Positions 19,580 through 29,122 of a stretch of DNA of 64,000 nt are shown here, one piece after another (the first letter of the stretch is position 1; every line of letters begins with the position of its first letter). This DNA comes from a virus (taxonomy: Duplodnaviria > Caudoviricetes), in the IMG/VR virus record IMGVR_UViG_3300006226_001703, positions 1-64,000 of that record. The stretch is one strand, 5' to 3'. A program made the position numbers and the translations under genes. A model generated the notes under the pieces. The model did not search any database. It saw nothing but the letters and a program-made list of their open reading frames with translations, and was not told the origin of the DNA.

Positions 19580-19599
19580 AACTGCCCTTTCGGGCAGTT
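19580..19599 (-). terminator. hairpin terminator
   Basis: perfect 8-bp stem AACTGCCC/GGGCAGTT, GAAA loop on - strand. Confidence 0.6.
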
Positions 19600-19604
19600 T
19601 ATTT

Positions 19605-19862
19605 TTAGTCAGCTACAATATTGTCATTCATGAAAGCCTTAAGTCCTGACTTGTCATCAACTTTAGGCACATAACCTGAAATGTCTCTCTTAACGTGTCT
19701 TTCTCTAGGAGCGAGTTCAGCAGGAATAGTCACGATGCCTTCTTTACCAGCAACAACTCTGCCTTCCCAATCATATATCCTATAAAAGTGCGGGTTGTTA
19801 CCATTCTGATCTGTAACTCCACGCCAAGTGTTCTCTCTCATTTTCTTAATGCTATTTCCCAT
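19605..19862 (-). CDS. hypothetical protein
   Basis: 85-aa ORF, AAGGAG RBS. Confidence 0.7.
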   Translation of the reverse strand: MGNSIKKMRENTWRGVTDQNGNNPHFYRIYDWEGRVVAGKEGIVTIPAELAPRERHVKRDISGYVPKVDDKSGLKAFMNDNIVAD

Positions 19863-19896
19863 TGAGATATCTCCTTAATAAATAGTTAGTTTCTTT

Positions 19897-20145
19897 TTAA
19901 GGAAAGAGTTCACAGGATTTTAATTTACAATTTTCACACTTATCTGGAACTTTTGGAATAGCATTCATAGAAAAAACTAATCCTTCGAGGGCTCTTAATC
20001 TTAATTCAGTTTGCTCTAATTTAGTTTCTAAGCCGTCAACATTCCCATGAGCCCAATTTATTCTACCCTCAAAGTCTCTGTTCATTTGATTCTGTTTGTC
20101 AATGAGTTCTTTTATAGAATAATTGTCATCAAGTTCAGTTATCAT
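19897..20145 (-). CDS. coiled-coil protein with Cys tail, ends ...CELFP
   Basis: 82-aa ORF. Confidence 0.6.
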   Translation of the reverse strand: MITELDDNYSIKELIDKQNQMNRDFEGRINWAHGNVDGLETKLEQTELRLRALEGLVFSMNAIPKVPDKCENCKLKSCELFP

Positions 20146-20251
20146 CTTTATCTTCGCCTGCTATCTTTTTAACGTACTCACAAATGTTTACTAAACAGAC
20201 CCATATCATTCCCAATAAGATGATGACTACAATTTCAGTGCCCACACTCAT
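20135..20251 (-). CDS. small membrane protein (38 aa, not in ORF track)
   Basis: hand translation MSVGTEIVVIILLGMIWVCLVNICEYVKKIAGEDKDDN; fills the gap with overlaps at both ends. Confidence 0.5.
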   Translation of the reverse strand: MSVGTEIVVIILLGMIWVCLVNICEYVKKIAGEDKDDN

Positions 20252-20496
20252 GTTATATTCTTTTTTAGAAAATTACGATAAGTTTTATGTAACTCTTTGA
20301 GTTTCTTATACTCTTCTTTTGCCTGTTCTTCAGTCATTTGTGAAAAGTCAATATCTTTCGTTTTAACTCTCATTGCTTCGCGTACTGTATCATCTGGTAA
20401 ATAAGTTACGTCAAAACCCTCAATGTGAGTTGCTGTCTCACGGCATACAAGCACTTCTCTTGGTTTATCCTTGTAAGTGAAATTCTTTATGACCAT
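20248..20496 (-). CDS. hypothetical protein
   Basis: 82-aa ORF, GGAGGA RBS. Confidence 0.7.
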   Translation of the reverse strand: MVIKNFTYKDKPREVLVCRETATHIEGFDVTYLPDDTVREAMRVKTKDIDFSQMTEEQAKEEYKKLKELHKTYRNFLKKNIT

Positions 20497-20540
20497 ATTA
20501 AGTCCTCCATTACGATTTATTTCTATATTAACTAAATAAT

Positions 20541-21902
20541 ATGAACAATTTAATCACGACTATTGACAAAATTAGTGAAGTTTTAGAAAGCAAACTAAAA
20601 TTTAACGATAAACAACTAGTCTATTGTAGAGAAGATAATCGGCTTTACATGAAGGATAATGAGAATTTGATCGACATCCTTCTTGAACTTAGAGAACTCG
20701 TTAGTAGACCAATTGAATTTAGAACGCTAATTCCAGATTATGAAAACATAGGCTCAGAAAACATATTTACACAGAACTATAATGATAGCTTGCCTGACGG
20801 ACATCCAATCATACCATGGAATGCAAACCCACTTTCATATAAGGCTAATCATAATGGATATGTCCTCATTACTATTGAAGGCTTAACTAATTTTAGAATT
20901 TGCCACAATGGAACGAAAATAATTGAAAAAGAAGTTGACAAGAAAAAACCAAATACTTCAATTCTTTATGCCCAAACTTTTGAAATGGCAAAAGATGACG
21001 TTATTGAAGTGCATCGATTAAATGGTGTTGATAATATTGCTGATGAAGATGACACAGCAAAATATAGCTGCTATTGGGTGCCACCTCGTGTAATGCACAT
21101 GGAAAGCGGCTACATTAGAGATGAGAAAAAGTTAGTAGATTTAGTTTATCCAATTGGCTCAATTTATATCACAGTTAACCCAATCAATCCACATTATCTT
21201 TTTGGCGGTGTTTGGAAAATGTTTAGTCAAGGAAGAACACTCCTTGGTTTTAATGACAACATTGAAGAATGGGATGTTAAAAGAGATGGTAGTTTACAAA
21301 CTAGAAGATTATTAGATACTGGTGGTCGTGAAAGAGTTAAATTAGAGAAGCCACATATGCCAAACCATGACCATGATTTTAGAGAACATAACCCAGAAGA
21401 TACTCACACTGATTTTAGATATCACAAACATACTTTTGATGCGCATGAATATGAGACAACTAAAGTCAATGTTGTTCATACTTGGGAAAATGCAGCATCA
21501 GTAGAAGTTGTCAGTAATATTGATAAAAAAGAAAATTATGGACTAACTAAAGAAATGTGGCGAGTTAGTGAAAATCAAGATTTTACAGTAGATTCTAATA
21601 ATAAATTAATGGCATTTGGTGATGATGTTACAAGAAATACAGTTCACCGTGTTAAGGGTGATAATTTAGCTCATAGAGACTCCTTTGATTTGGAAACAGG
21701 AACTTGGGCTGATGATATTAAATTGGTTAGAGACAACTATTATGCTGGTGGTGATGAACCAAGGGCTGAATATGAAACTGAAAATACAAGAACATCTGAT
21801 TACTCACATATACCACACAATTTCAAAGCTGATGGTGGTGATAGACCACATGAAAATATGATGCCTTATGTAGTAACTTATATTTGGGAGAGGAAGGAAT
21901 AA
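20541..21902 (+). CDS. baseplate/tail-collar protein (T4 gp10 C-terminal-like)
   Basis: YPIGSIYIT..NP..LFGGVW...QGRTLLG and HENMMPYVVTYIWER. Confidence 0.75.
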   Translation: MNNLITTIDKISEVLESKLKFNDKQLVYCREDNRLYMKDNENLIDILLELRELVSRPIEFRTLIPDYENIGSENIFTQNYNDSLPDGHPIIPWNANPLSYKANHNGYVLITIEGLTNFRICHNGTKIIEKEVDKKKPNTSILYAQTFEMAKDDVIEVHRLNGVDNIADEDDTAKYSCYWVPPRVMHMESGYIRDEKKLVDLVYPIGSIYITVNPINPHYLFGGVWKMFSQGRTLLGFNDNIEEWDVKRDGSLQTRRLLDTGGRERVKLEKPHMPNHDHDFREHNPEDTHTDFRYHKHTFDAHEYETTKVNVVHTWENAASVEVVSNIDKKENYGLTKEMWRVSENQDFTVDSNNKLMAFGDDVTRNTVHRVKGDNLAHRDSFDLETGTWADDIKLVRDNYYAGGDEPRAEYETENTRTSDYSHIPHNFKADGGDRPHENMMPYVVTYIWERKE

Positions 21903-24900
21903 TGATATCAATTATACAACTAATAAATGACGAACAATCTCTTATAGAGGGTGATGTAGTTCTTAAAAATGGCCAATTAGCTTGGACAACTCAACCAAAT
22001 AATGAAGGTGAACTTTTCATTGGAACAGAAGACGGCTATGTTAAAGTAGCTGTTAGTGTTGCTTTTAGTTTAAGATTAGAACAACTCATTGGCGAATTAC
22101 AAGATGTAGTTGAAATTATTGGCGATGATATTGAATTAAAAGTTGAACAAGCTAAATTGTTACTTCAAAAAATTAAAGAAGCTAGAGATTTTATATTAGA
22201 AACAATTGAAACAGAAATAACAAATGTAGAAGCTAGATCTAAGACTTATACAGAAACTTATGTAGATGCTAAAACAGCTGATAACATTTACATGAATTCT
22301 AACAAAGACATAACTATAACAACTTATATAAACAACATCAGAGATAATTTACAGGGACAAATAGATAATTTAATTACTGATTTTGCTAGTTTAGATGATA
22401 ACATTGATGAAAGAATTAGAGTTGCTAAAAAGTCAGTTGATGATAGAATTGATGCATTAAATGGTGAGACATTACCAGCTAATGACACAGATGAAGATTA
22501 TAGTGTTAATGATTTTATTAGAGATTCAATATCTGGTTCAAATACTTATACAAATACTAGACTTTTAGAGTTTACTAAAATTCCTTTAAGAAAAGATTTT
22601 GAATCTGAACTTCGTGGAAATATAGCACAAGGTTATGAACCAGTTAGACACTGGAAAGAAGGCAAGGCCGGGGATTTCTATTTTGTTAAAGAATTAGATA
22701 TTAGATATCCTGGTTTCAAAGGAATAATGTGGTGGAATCCAAATGGTGGTGGTGATGGAGATGGAGATTGGGAAACTGAAATGGACCAGTCACTTATCCC
22801 AGATGGTGTTACACTTTTAGTTGGTGATGACGAAAAAATAAAAATAAATCCAAACTCACAGATATTTATTGATATTAAAAATTATAATGATACAACTAAT
22901 ACAACAACACTTACTCAAGCAAAAGCATATGTAGATAATTTATTATTACAAAATCTTAAATTACCTGGATTTGTAAATTTTGAATCTGATTTAATAGGTA
23001 TGGGTTGGGACCATGAGGGCACACCAAAAGGTGGTGTAGCTTTTGAAGAAGGAAATCCTGGCGATAATTATTATATTAGAGAGCTTGATTATACTGATAG
23101 AGAAATTAAAGATTTAACTAAAAGAAGACAAGGTAGAGCTTGGTGGAATCCTAAAAAACCAAGAACAGATACGATTGATGGTAATTGGGAAATTGTTCCT
23201 GATAAACAACTTTTTCCAGATAGTATTACAACTAAATTAGACGGTAATGGACAAATTGCTGTTATTGAAGATGCTGAATATCTTGAAACAATAAGAGGAA
23301 GTATAACTAGCGTAGATAGTAAATTTGTTACTATAACAACAAACTTAAATACTAAAATTGATACAAGAGAAGCAGCTATTCGTTCAGATGCAGCTTTAAT
23401 GAAAACTAATCTTGAAAATCGAATGGACGGTCTTGATTTAGCAACAAATGAAAAATTTGAAGGGGAAATTGATAGAGTTGAAACTGAAAGTAAGACTCGT
23501 GATGGAAATCTAAATACAAAAATTGAAAATGTAGATATTGCACTTAGAACTTTTGCAACACAACATATAACTAGAATCAATGGAGAAATTGCAGAATCAA
23601 ATGGTAGAATAGATGATGCTGAAGATGAAATAGACAGAGTTGAAACTGAAAGCAAAGAACGCGACACTGCTCTTGATAATAAAATATTAGCATTAAGTGG
23701 CGAAAATATTCCTGGCTGTTTAGATGAAGATACTATACAAGATGCTAAGGATATGACAATCAATGAATATACTAGAAGTTTATTCGAAGAAGCAAAAGAA
23801 CATGCTGATGAAATTGTTCTAAATAACTTAAGAATTCCTGGAAAAATAGATAGAGAATCTAGATTAAGAAATAAAGATGCAATTACAGGTATCTATTATA
23901 ATATGCATCAACAAACAGGTTACACAGGAGAACCACCAAAACATGGTGAAAATTATATTGTTGAAGATTTAGACATTACATATCCTGTTCATGGAGATGA
24001 AAGAAAACATCAAGGTAAAATGTGGTGGAACCCAGATAAAAAATATACTGGTAGTGATATTGAAGGTAAATGGGAACTCGTAAGGGACGAAAAAATATTT
24101 GCAGACGATGACACAATAATAACAAATGACACAACTGGTCTCATTGAAGTCAACATAGAGGCTGAATATCTAGGGAATATTAGAAGTTCTATAAGTGACA
24201 CAAACACAAGAATAGACGAACTTCATGGTAGTAACTTAAATATTGATGATGAAGATGAAACTAAAACTATTAAAGAATATGTTGATGATTCTATAGAAAA
24301 TTTTGATATTGATTTAACAGAAAGATTTTTATCATTCACTAAAGTTCTAAAACGAACTGATTTAGAATCTAATTTCAGAGGTGATGGGGGAACTAAACCT
24401 TTTAAAGATGGGGAAATTGGTGATATTTATATTGTTAAAAACTTAGATGTATCTCATCCAGGATTTAAAGGAATAATGTGGTGGAGATCTGGTACTGATT
24501 TAGGACCAAACGGAAAAGGCCTTTGGGAAATTGAAAAAGATGAAACTTTATTACCTGATGAAGATGAGCTTATTTATAAAGCTGATGGCACAATTACTTT
24601 AAATCCAGATTCTGAATTATTACAAGCAATATATGCACAAATTACTACAGAAGTTGGAGAATTAAAAACTGAAATAGAAGAAGAAATAATTGAACCTATT
24701 ACTACAGATATTACAACATTAGAAGGACGAGCTAATGATTTAGATGAAGCTATTGAAAGAATAGACGAAACTATTGAAGAATTAGATGGTAATAAAATAA
24801 AAGCAACATTTGAGCTTGATGAAGATAGAGAAGATGCTTATGGTAAAACTATAAATGAATATATTGAATCATTGTATCAGGCAGCTCTTGATCATACTAA

Positions 24901-26683
24901 TGGCATAATTTTGCAGAATCTTAAAATTCCAAAGTTTATTGATAGAGAATCTCTATTAAGAAGAATTGATGATAATACTGAAGAATATTATGACCTTCAT
25001 ACAACTCCAACATTTGATGGAGATATGCCAGAACCTGGCGATAATTATATCGTTGGCCACCTTGATATAACTTATACAGATAATCCTTATAAAGGACTCA
25101 TGTGGTGGAACCCAGATGATTCTTATCCAAAAACACCAAATATAAAGGGAAGATGGGAAGCAGTAAAAGATGAAAGATTATTTCCAGATGGATTTACAAC
25201 TAAGTTAGACAATGGAAGAATAGCAGTTGATTTTAGTCATACTTATTTTACTGAATTGGAATCAGAACTTGAAGGATTACATGAAGATGTAGAAAGAATT
25301 GATGAAAAATTAAATGATATAGATGAAGATATAGGTGAAATCAACGGAAGAATTGATGGTGTCGAGGAAGATATAGAGACACGTGAAAGTACACTACGCG
25401 GAGAAATAACAGAGCATGTTAGTACTCTTGACGGAAGAATTACTACTGAAGTTTCTACTATCAACGGAAGAATTGATGGTGTCGAGGAAGATATAGAGAC
25501 ACGTGAAAGTACACTACGCGGAGAAATAACAGAGCATGTTAGTACTCTTGAAGGGGAAATTAGTAGACTTGATGGAGATATAGATCGAATTGATAATGAT
25601 ATTGACGGAATAAATCAACGAATAACTTCAGAAGTTACAAATGGTGTTAACAGAAATAATACTACTAACACAAAGTTTGATACAATAACAGATACAATTA
25701 TTTCAAATGCTAATCTTGATAAACAAAATAGATTCCGCATTGTAGAAGATAATACTGAATTAAATGCAGCTACACCAAAACAAAACAAAGACTTGTTTTA
25801 TAAGAGAGATACATCAAGATTATTTGTACAAGATGATGACAAATTAGTTGAATTATATCATCCAATAAAAGCATTCGATGATGTTAGTGAAATAACTACT
25901 GACACATTACATCGAAAAGAATTGGGCTATAATAAAGATAACAGAAGACTTTATTTACATGATAGAGACAAAATTGAAGAATTATATACTCCAAGAATTC
26001 CAAATAGAGCTTCACATGTTATTAGCTATGGTTTTAGTCACACATTTACTGGTAGAAATCAATTATTTGGCGGACAAAATCAACCAATAAACTTAAGTGA
26101 AGGTCATGTCCAAGCAAGATTTGAAGGACCAGAGGCTGGTTCATTCTTTACTTTAAACTTTCCGCAAGATCATTTTTGGATTAGATTCATTTGGTCTAAC
26201 TTAGTAACTGAAACTGAATACACACCTTTTAGAATGGCTTTAGCTTGTAAAAACTTTGATCAAGGAGAACATGCTGAAGTTATAATTAACACAGTTACTT
26301 ACAACTGGAATACTCAAACATCTAATCCTCCTGGATATTTAGAGCAGGGGATTGATGGTGGTATCGGTAACTTTATGACAACTTATTTGAGAAGAATTCA
26401 AGCTACACCAACTACTGATAGTGCATGGCAGTCAATTAAAGCTAATAATATTTTCTCAGTACTTTATGATATGATTGATATTAAGATTAGATTTATTAGA
26501 TCAAATATGTTCTATTATTTCAGATGTTTCCCAGATGTAATAAGTTATAAACCTGATGCTGTGTTACCTGATGAAGTTAGAGTGCCAAGGTTAAACTTCT
26601 ATGTAGATTGTTACAAACCAAATGCATTGCCACAGGCTGACCCATTTATTGATATCGTTTATAACGTTCAAGATTTTAATTAA
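21884..26683 (+). CDS. long modular tail fibre-like protein (start probably 21902)
   Basis: follows baseplate gene; five WW(N/R)-containing repeat modules separated by acidic coiled coils; distinct C-terminal domain. Confidence 0.65.
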   Translation: MGEEGIMISIIQLINDEQSLIEGDVVLKNGQLAWTTQPNNEGELFIGTEDGYVKVAVSVAFSLRLEQLIGELQDVVEIIGDDIELKVEQAKLLLQKIKEARDFILETIETEITNVEARSKTYTETYVDAKTADNIYMNSNKDITITTYINNIRDNLQGQIDNLITDFASLDDNIDERIRVAKKSVDDRIDALNGETLPANDTDEDYSVNDFIRDSISGSNTYTNTRLLEFTKIPLRKDFESELRGNIAQGYEPVRHWKEGKAGDFYFVKELDIRYPGFKGIMWWNPNGGGDGDGDWETEMDQSLIPDGVTLLVGDDEKIKINPNSQIFIDIKNYNDTTNTTTLTQAKAYVDNLLLQNLKLPGFVNFESDLIGMGWDHEGTPKGGVAFEEGNPGDNYYIRELDYTDREIKDLTKRRQGRAWWNPKKPRTDTIDGNWEIVPDKQLFPDSITTKLDGNGQIAVIEDAEYLETIRGSITSVDSKFVTITTNLNTKIDTREAAIRSDAALMKTNLENRMDGLDLATNEKFEGEIDRVETESKTRDGNLNTKIENVDIALRTFATQHITRINGEIAESNGRIDDAEDEIDRVETESKERDTALDNKILALSGENIPGCLDEDTIQDAKDMTINEYTRSLFEEAKEHADEIVLNNLRIPGKIDRESRLRNKDAITGIYYNMHQQTGYTGEPPKHGENYIVEDLDITYPVHGDERKHQGKMWWNPDKKYTGSDIEGKWELVRDEKIFADDDTIITNDTTGLIEVNIEAEYLGNIRSSISDTNTRIDELHGSNLNIDDEDETKTIKEYVDDSIENFDIDLTERFLSFTKVLKRTDLESNFRGDGGTKPFKDGEIGDIYIVKNLDVSHPGFKGIMWWRSGTDLGPNGKGLWEIEKDETLLPDEDELIYKADGTITLNPDSELLQAIYAQITTEVGELKTEIEEEIIEPITTDITTLEGRANDLDEAIERIDETIEELDGNKIKATFELDEDREDAYGKTINEYIESLYQAALDHTNGIILQNLKIPKFIDRESLLRRIDDNTEEYYDLHTTPTFDGDMPEPGDNYIVGHLDITYTDNPYKGLMWWNPDDSYPKTPNIKGRWEAVKDERLFPDGFTTKLDNGRIAVDFSHTYFTELESELEGLHEDVERIDEKLNDIDEDIGEINGRIDGVEEDIETRESTLRGEITEHVSTLDGRITTEVSTINGRIDGVEEDIETRESTLRGEITEHVSTLEGEISRLDGDIDRIDNDIDGINQRITSEVTNGVNRNNTTNTKFDTITDTIISNANLDKQNRFRIVEDNTELNAATPKQNKDLFYKRDTSRLFVQDDDKLVELYHPIKAFDDVSEITTDTLHRKELGYNKDNRRLYLHDRDKIEELYTPRIPNRASHVISYGFSHTFTGRNQLFGGQNQPINLSEGHVQARFEGPEAGSFFTLNFPQDHFWIRFIWSNLVTETEYTPFRMALACKNFDQGEHAEVIINTVTYNWNTQTSNPPGYLEQGIDGGIGNFMTTYLRRIQATPTTDSAWQSIKANNIFSVLYDMIDIKIRFIRSNMFYYFRCFPDVISYKPDAVLPDEVRVPRLNFYVDCYKPNALPQADPFIDIVYNVQDFN
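25340..25551 (+). repeat. 92-bp perfect direct repeat, 120-bp period
   Basis: 25340-25431 identical to 25460-25551; encodes INGRIDGVEEDIETRESTLRGEITEHVSTL twice. Confidence 0.9.
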
Positions 26684-27375
26684 GATTTTTTGGGGTCTAG
26701 TAATAGACCCCATTTTTTTGTTTCAGTATCTAATTCAATTATTTTATCGTGCTTTCCAGTATCAATAAAAATCAAACTATCTTTATTGTCACTTAATCTT
26801 TCACGAGGATTATCATCACTTTCAGTATGCCCAACAACTTGATTATAACCTTTAATAGCAGTACGAATTAAAGCACCAGGTCTAATCCAAAGAGGGCCTT
26901 CATTTAAGTTGTTGCCATACCCGTCTGGTCCAACCCATCTGAAGAAGTTGGGCCTTTCCTTAAAGAGTTGATTGATTTCTTGAGGCTCTTTAATGCCTGC
27001 TGAACGCATCCACTTATATGAGACACCACCGTGGCTAAAAATATAGCTATCAAAAATAAAGCAAACATCAAATACATTTTTATTTTCATCAAAAAATTCC
27101 TTAATATCTATAGCATGAGTAGGTTGATATCCACTGCATCTTTCATCGAGATAATATGATGTGTCATGATTAGCCCAACATAAACAAACTTTTTCTGGAT
27201 TTGATCTCTTGAACTTAATTATCTCTTTTGCATTGCCCATTTGTTTTGGCCATTGATTTGTCCAAGTGTCAAAAATATCTCCGAGGAAAACTATCTTGTC
27301 ATAAGAGTTAATGAGTTTAATTGTTTTTTTCCAGTGTTCAGATTGATGAATATCTGGGATTGCTATTATTTTCAA
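26680..27375 (-). CDS. calcineurin-like metallophosphoesterase
   Basis: PDIH, LGDIFD, WANHD, SHGG, VVGHT motifs. Confidence 0.85.
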   Translation of the reverse strand: MKIIAIPDIHQSEHWKKTIKLINSYDKIVFLGDIFDTWTNQWPKQMGNAKEIIKFKRSNPEKVCLCWANHDTSYYLDERCSGYQPTHAIDIKEFFDENKNVFDVCFIFDSYIFSHGGVSYKWMRSAGIKEPQEINQLFKERPNFFRWVGPDGYGNNLNEGPLWIRPGALIRTAIKGYNQVVGHTESDDNPRERLSDNKDSLIFIDTGKHDKIIELDTETKKWGLLLDPKKS

Positions 27376-27737
27376 AGTGTCTCCAATAATTTTAATTGTT
27401 CTCTTAATCTATTAGTTAATTCTCTCTCATGAGCAATTTCTTGTTCATATTCATTAATCATTTTACTCATAGCATCTTCTAAAGCTTTGTACTTTAAAGT
27501 TATCATTGTCATTTCAACTCTCATTCTAGAAGCATCTTGTGAAGCCTCACCACCATTAGTAAACACAGCGAATCTGTCTGGTCCACCACCAGTAAAGCCT
27601 CCGCTTTCATGTTCTTTAAATGCTCTAATATGTGCAATTTCTTGTAAGTCTTCAACTGGGATATCTATAATCTTATCTAATCTATCATCAATGAGCGAGT
27701 TATCTTTTAATGCAATTGACAACGCATATTTAGCCAC
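27372..27737 (-). CDS. hypothetical coiled-coil protein
   Basis: 121-aa ORF, GTG start. Confidence 0.65.
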   Translation of the reverse strand: MAKYALSIALKDNSLIDDRLDKIIDIPVEDLQEIAHIRAFKEHESGGFTGGGPDRFAVFTNGGEASQDASRMRVEMTMITLKYKALEDAMSKMINEYEQEIAHERELTNRLREQLKLLETL

Positions 27738-27891
27738 TTAATTTTTCCAATATGAAAACAAAGGCAACAATTACAGCAAATACTAAAACTATATGATACA
27801 ACATAATACTGCCCAAATTAAGCATGTCTCTTAAAGTCCACTTAATTTTTCCGCTCCAAGTTACTTTGTAATTTCCTTTGTCAATAGTCAT
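27730..27891 (-). CDS. small membrane protein (53 aa, not in ORF track)
   Basis: hand translation MTIDKGNYKV...LYHIVLVFAVIVAFVFILEKLSG; fills the gap with overlaps. Confidence 0.5.
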   Translation of the reverse strand: MTIDKGNYKVTWSGKIKWTLRDMLNLGSIMLYHIVLVFAVIVAFVFILEKLSG

Positions 27892-28115
27892 TTCTTTTCT
27901 CCCACAATTAGTCTATCGCTTTTTCTTTTATTTCCATATTTGTCAGCATCTTCTTCATATGCTTTTAATCTGTTCTCTATCTCTTTTTGAATTGCCAAAG
28001 TTAGTGTGTCTTGTCTAGACTCTTCTAATGTTTGGCTAGCTATTTTTATCGTGTACCATTCTACTAAAGTGCGGACGCTATATCTGTGTAAATACTTGAT
28101 ATCCGTTATGTCCAT
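27888..28115 (-). CDS. hypothetical protein
   Basis: 75-aa ORF. Confidence 0.65.
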   Translation of the reverse strand: MDITDIKYLHRYSVRTLVEWYTIKIASQTLEESRQDTLTLAIQKEIENRLKAYEEDADKYGNKRKSDRLIVGEKK

Positions 28116-28119
28116 AATC

Positions 28120-28410
28120 TTAATAAGAAACTCTTAACCAAAGGTCTTTGTCTTCTGACTCCTCTTCATCTACTTTGTAATTAGCTTTTTCTAATTCATC
28201 TTTTACAATATCAAATGCCAAATCTGTTATTTTGTTGACTGTAATTCTAACAACTAATTCATTATTTGATCTGGCCAATTTAAGTTTTTCATTTAGTAAG
28301 CAAATTATGTCACTTGCTTCCTTAATAGCTCGCTTATCATAATTGTCAGTTGGAAGTTGTAAAAGTTCATCTCTACTTACAAGTTTTGGCCCACCATATT
28401 TTAGCGTCAT
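28120..28410 (-). CDS. hypothetical protein, paralog of 30923 and 31317 ORFs
   Basis: shared LVSRDEL...NEKLKLAR...ELEKANYKV pattern. Confidence 0.65.
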   Translation of the reverse strand: MTLKYGGPKLVSRDELLQLPTDNYDKRAIKEASDIICLLNEKLKLARSNNELVVRITVNKITDLAFDIVKDELEKANYKVDEEESEDKDLWLRVSY

Positions 28411-28718
28411 TTTATTCTCCTTACTTGACTTATTGGAATCGGTGTAAAGACTTTAAATTCTTGAATTACATCATTAGGCCCAGCTTCTTTTTGCTCTTTT
28501 AAGAAATTAACATCAAACTGGTCAAATGGTCTACCTTTAAATTCGTAATCAACTTCTAAAAGCACATCAGTTTTCCAACCATTGAAAGAAAAGTTTTCTC
28601 CCCAATCAACTTCGGATAACGAAATAAACCCATAATTCCCGCCAAGCCACCCATCTAGACAACCTGACATTTGAATTTTTCTCCAATTTTCTTCTGTAGT
28701 TCTATGTAATAATTTCAT
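28407..28718 (-). CDS. possible ADP-ribosyltransferase-fold protein
   Basis: LLHRT...ISLS...QEFKVFTPIP matches the H-x-T / S / E layout of small ART-fold proteins. Confidence 0.4.
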   Translation of the reverse strand: MKLLHRTTEENWRKIQMSGCLDGWLGGNYGFISLSEVDWGENFSFNGWKTDVLLEVDYEFKGRPFDQFDVNFLKEQKEAGPNDVIQEFKVFTPIPISQVRRIK

Positions 28719-29119
28719 CTTATCTCAAATTGTAAATCATTATAATGGTTGTCATACTTCAGAATATTATGAAGTTGGTCTAACCATTTTTTATCGCCAA
28801 TCATTAATGGAGTTATTTCCCAAGCATTTTTATTTTGAACTAAATCTTTAGCTTCTTTTAAGCCAAATTCTTTTACTTCTAAATTGCTATATTTTTCTCC
28901 AAACTCTTTGTGTAAGTTTCTAATAGTTTTAATAACAGATATTGTGTACTCTTCATTAAATGATTTTAAGAATAAAGCTGCTTTTTGAGATTTAGTTTTT
29001 TCAAGTTTTCTGTTAACTTTTAATTCGTAACCTCTGTCAACTAATTGTTGAGATAATTCGTAAAATTCATCACTGTCTAATTCATCAAATAATTCTAATA
29101 TATGTAGAACGTCTTTCAT
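28715..29119 (-). CDS. ribosomal protein bL12 C-terminal-like domain protein
   Basis: ISVIKTIR...GLKEAKDLV resembles bL12 KIxVIKxVR...GLKEAKDLVE, with an insertion. Confidence 0.6.
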   Translation of the reverse strand: MKDVLHILELFDELDSDEFYELSQQLVDRGYELKVNRKLEKTKSQKAALFLKSFNEEYTISVIKTIRNLHKEFGEKYSNLEVKEFGLKEAKDLVQNKNAWEITPLMIGDKKWLDQLHNILKYDNHYNDLQFEIR

Positions 29120-29122
29120 ATT

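Noticed and set aside
23089-25464. - strand ORFs inside the tail fibre gene
   Set aside because: Antisense shadows of a long biased coding region
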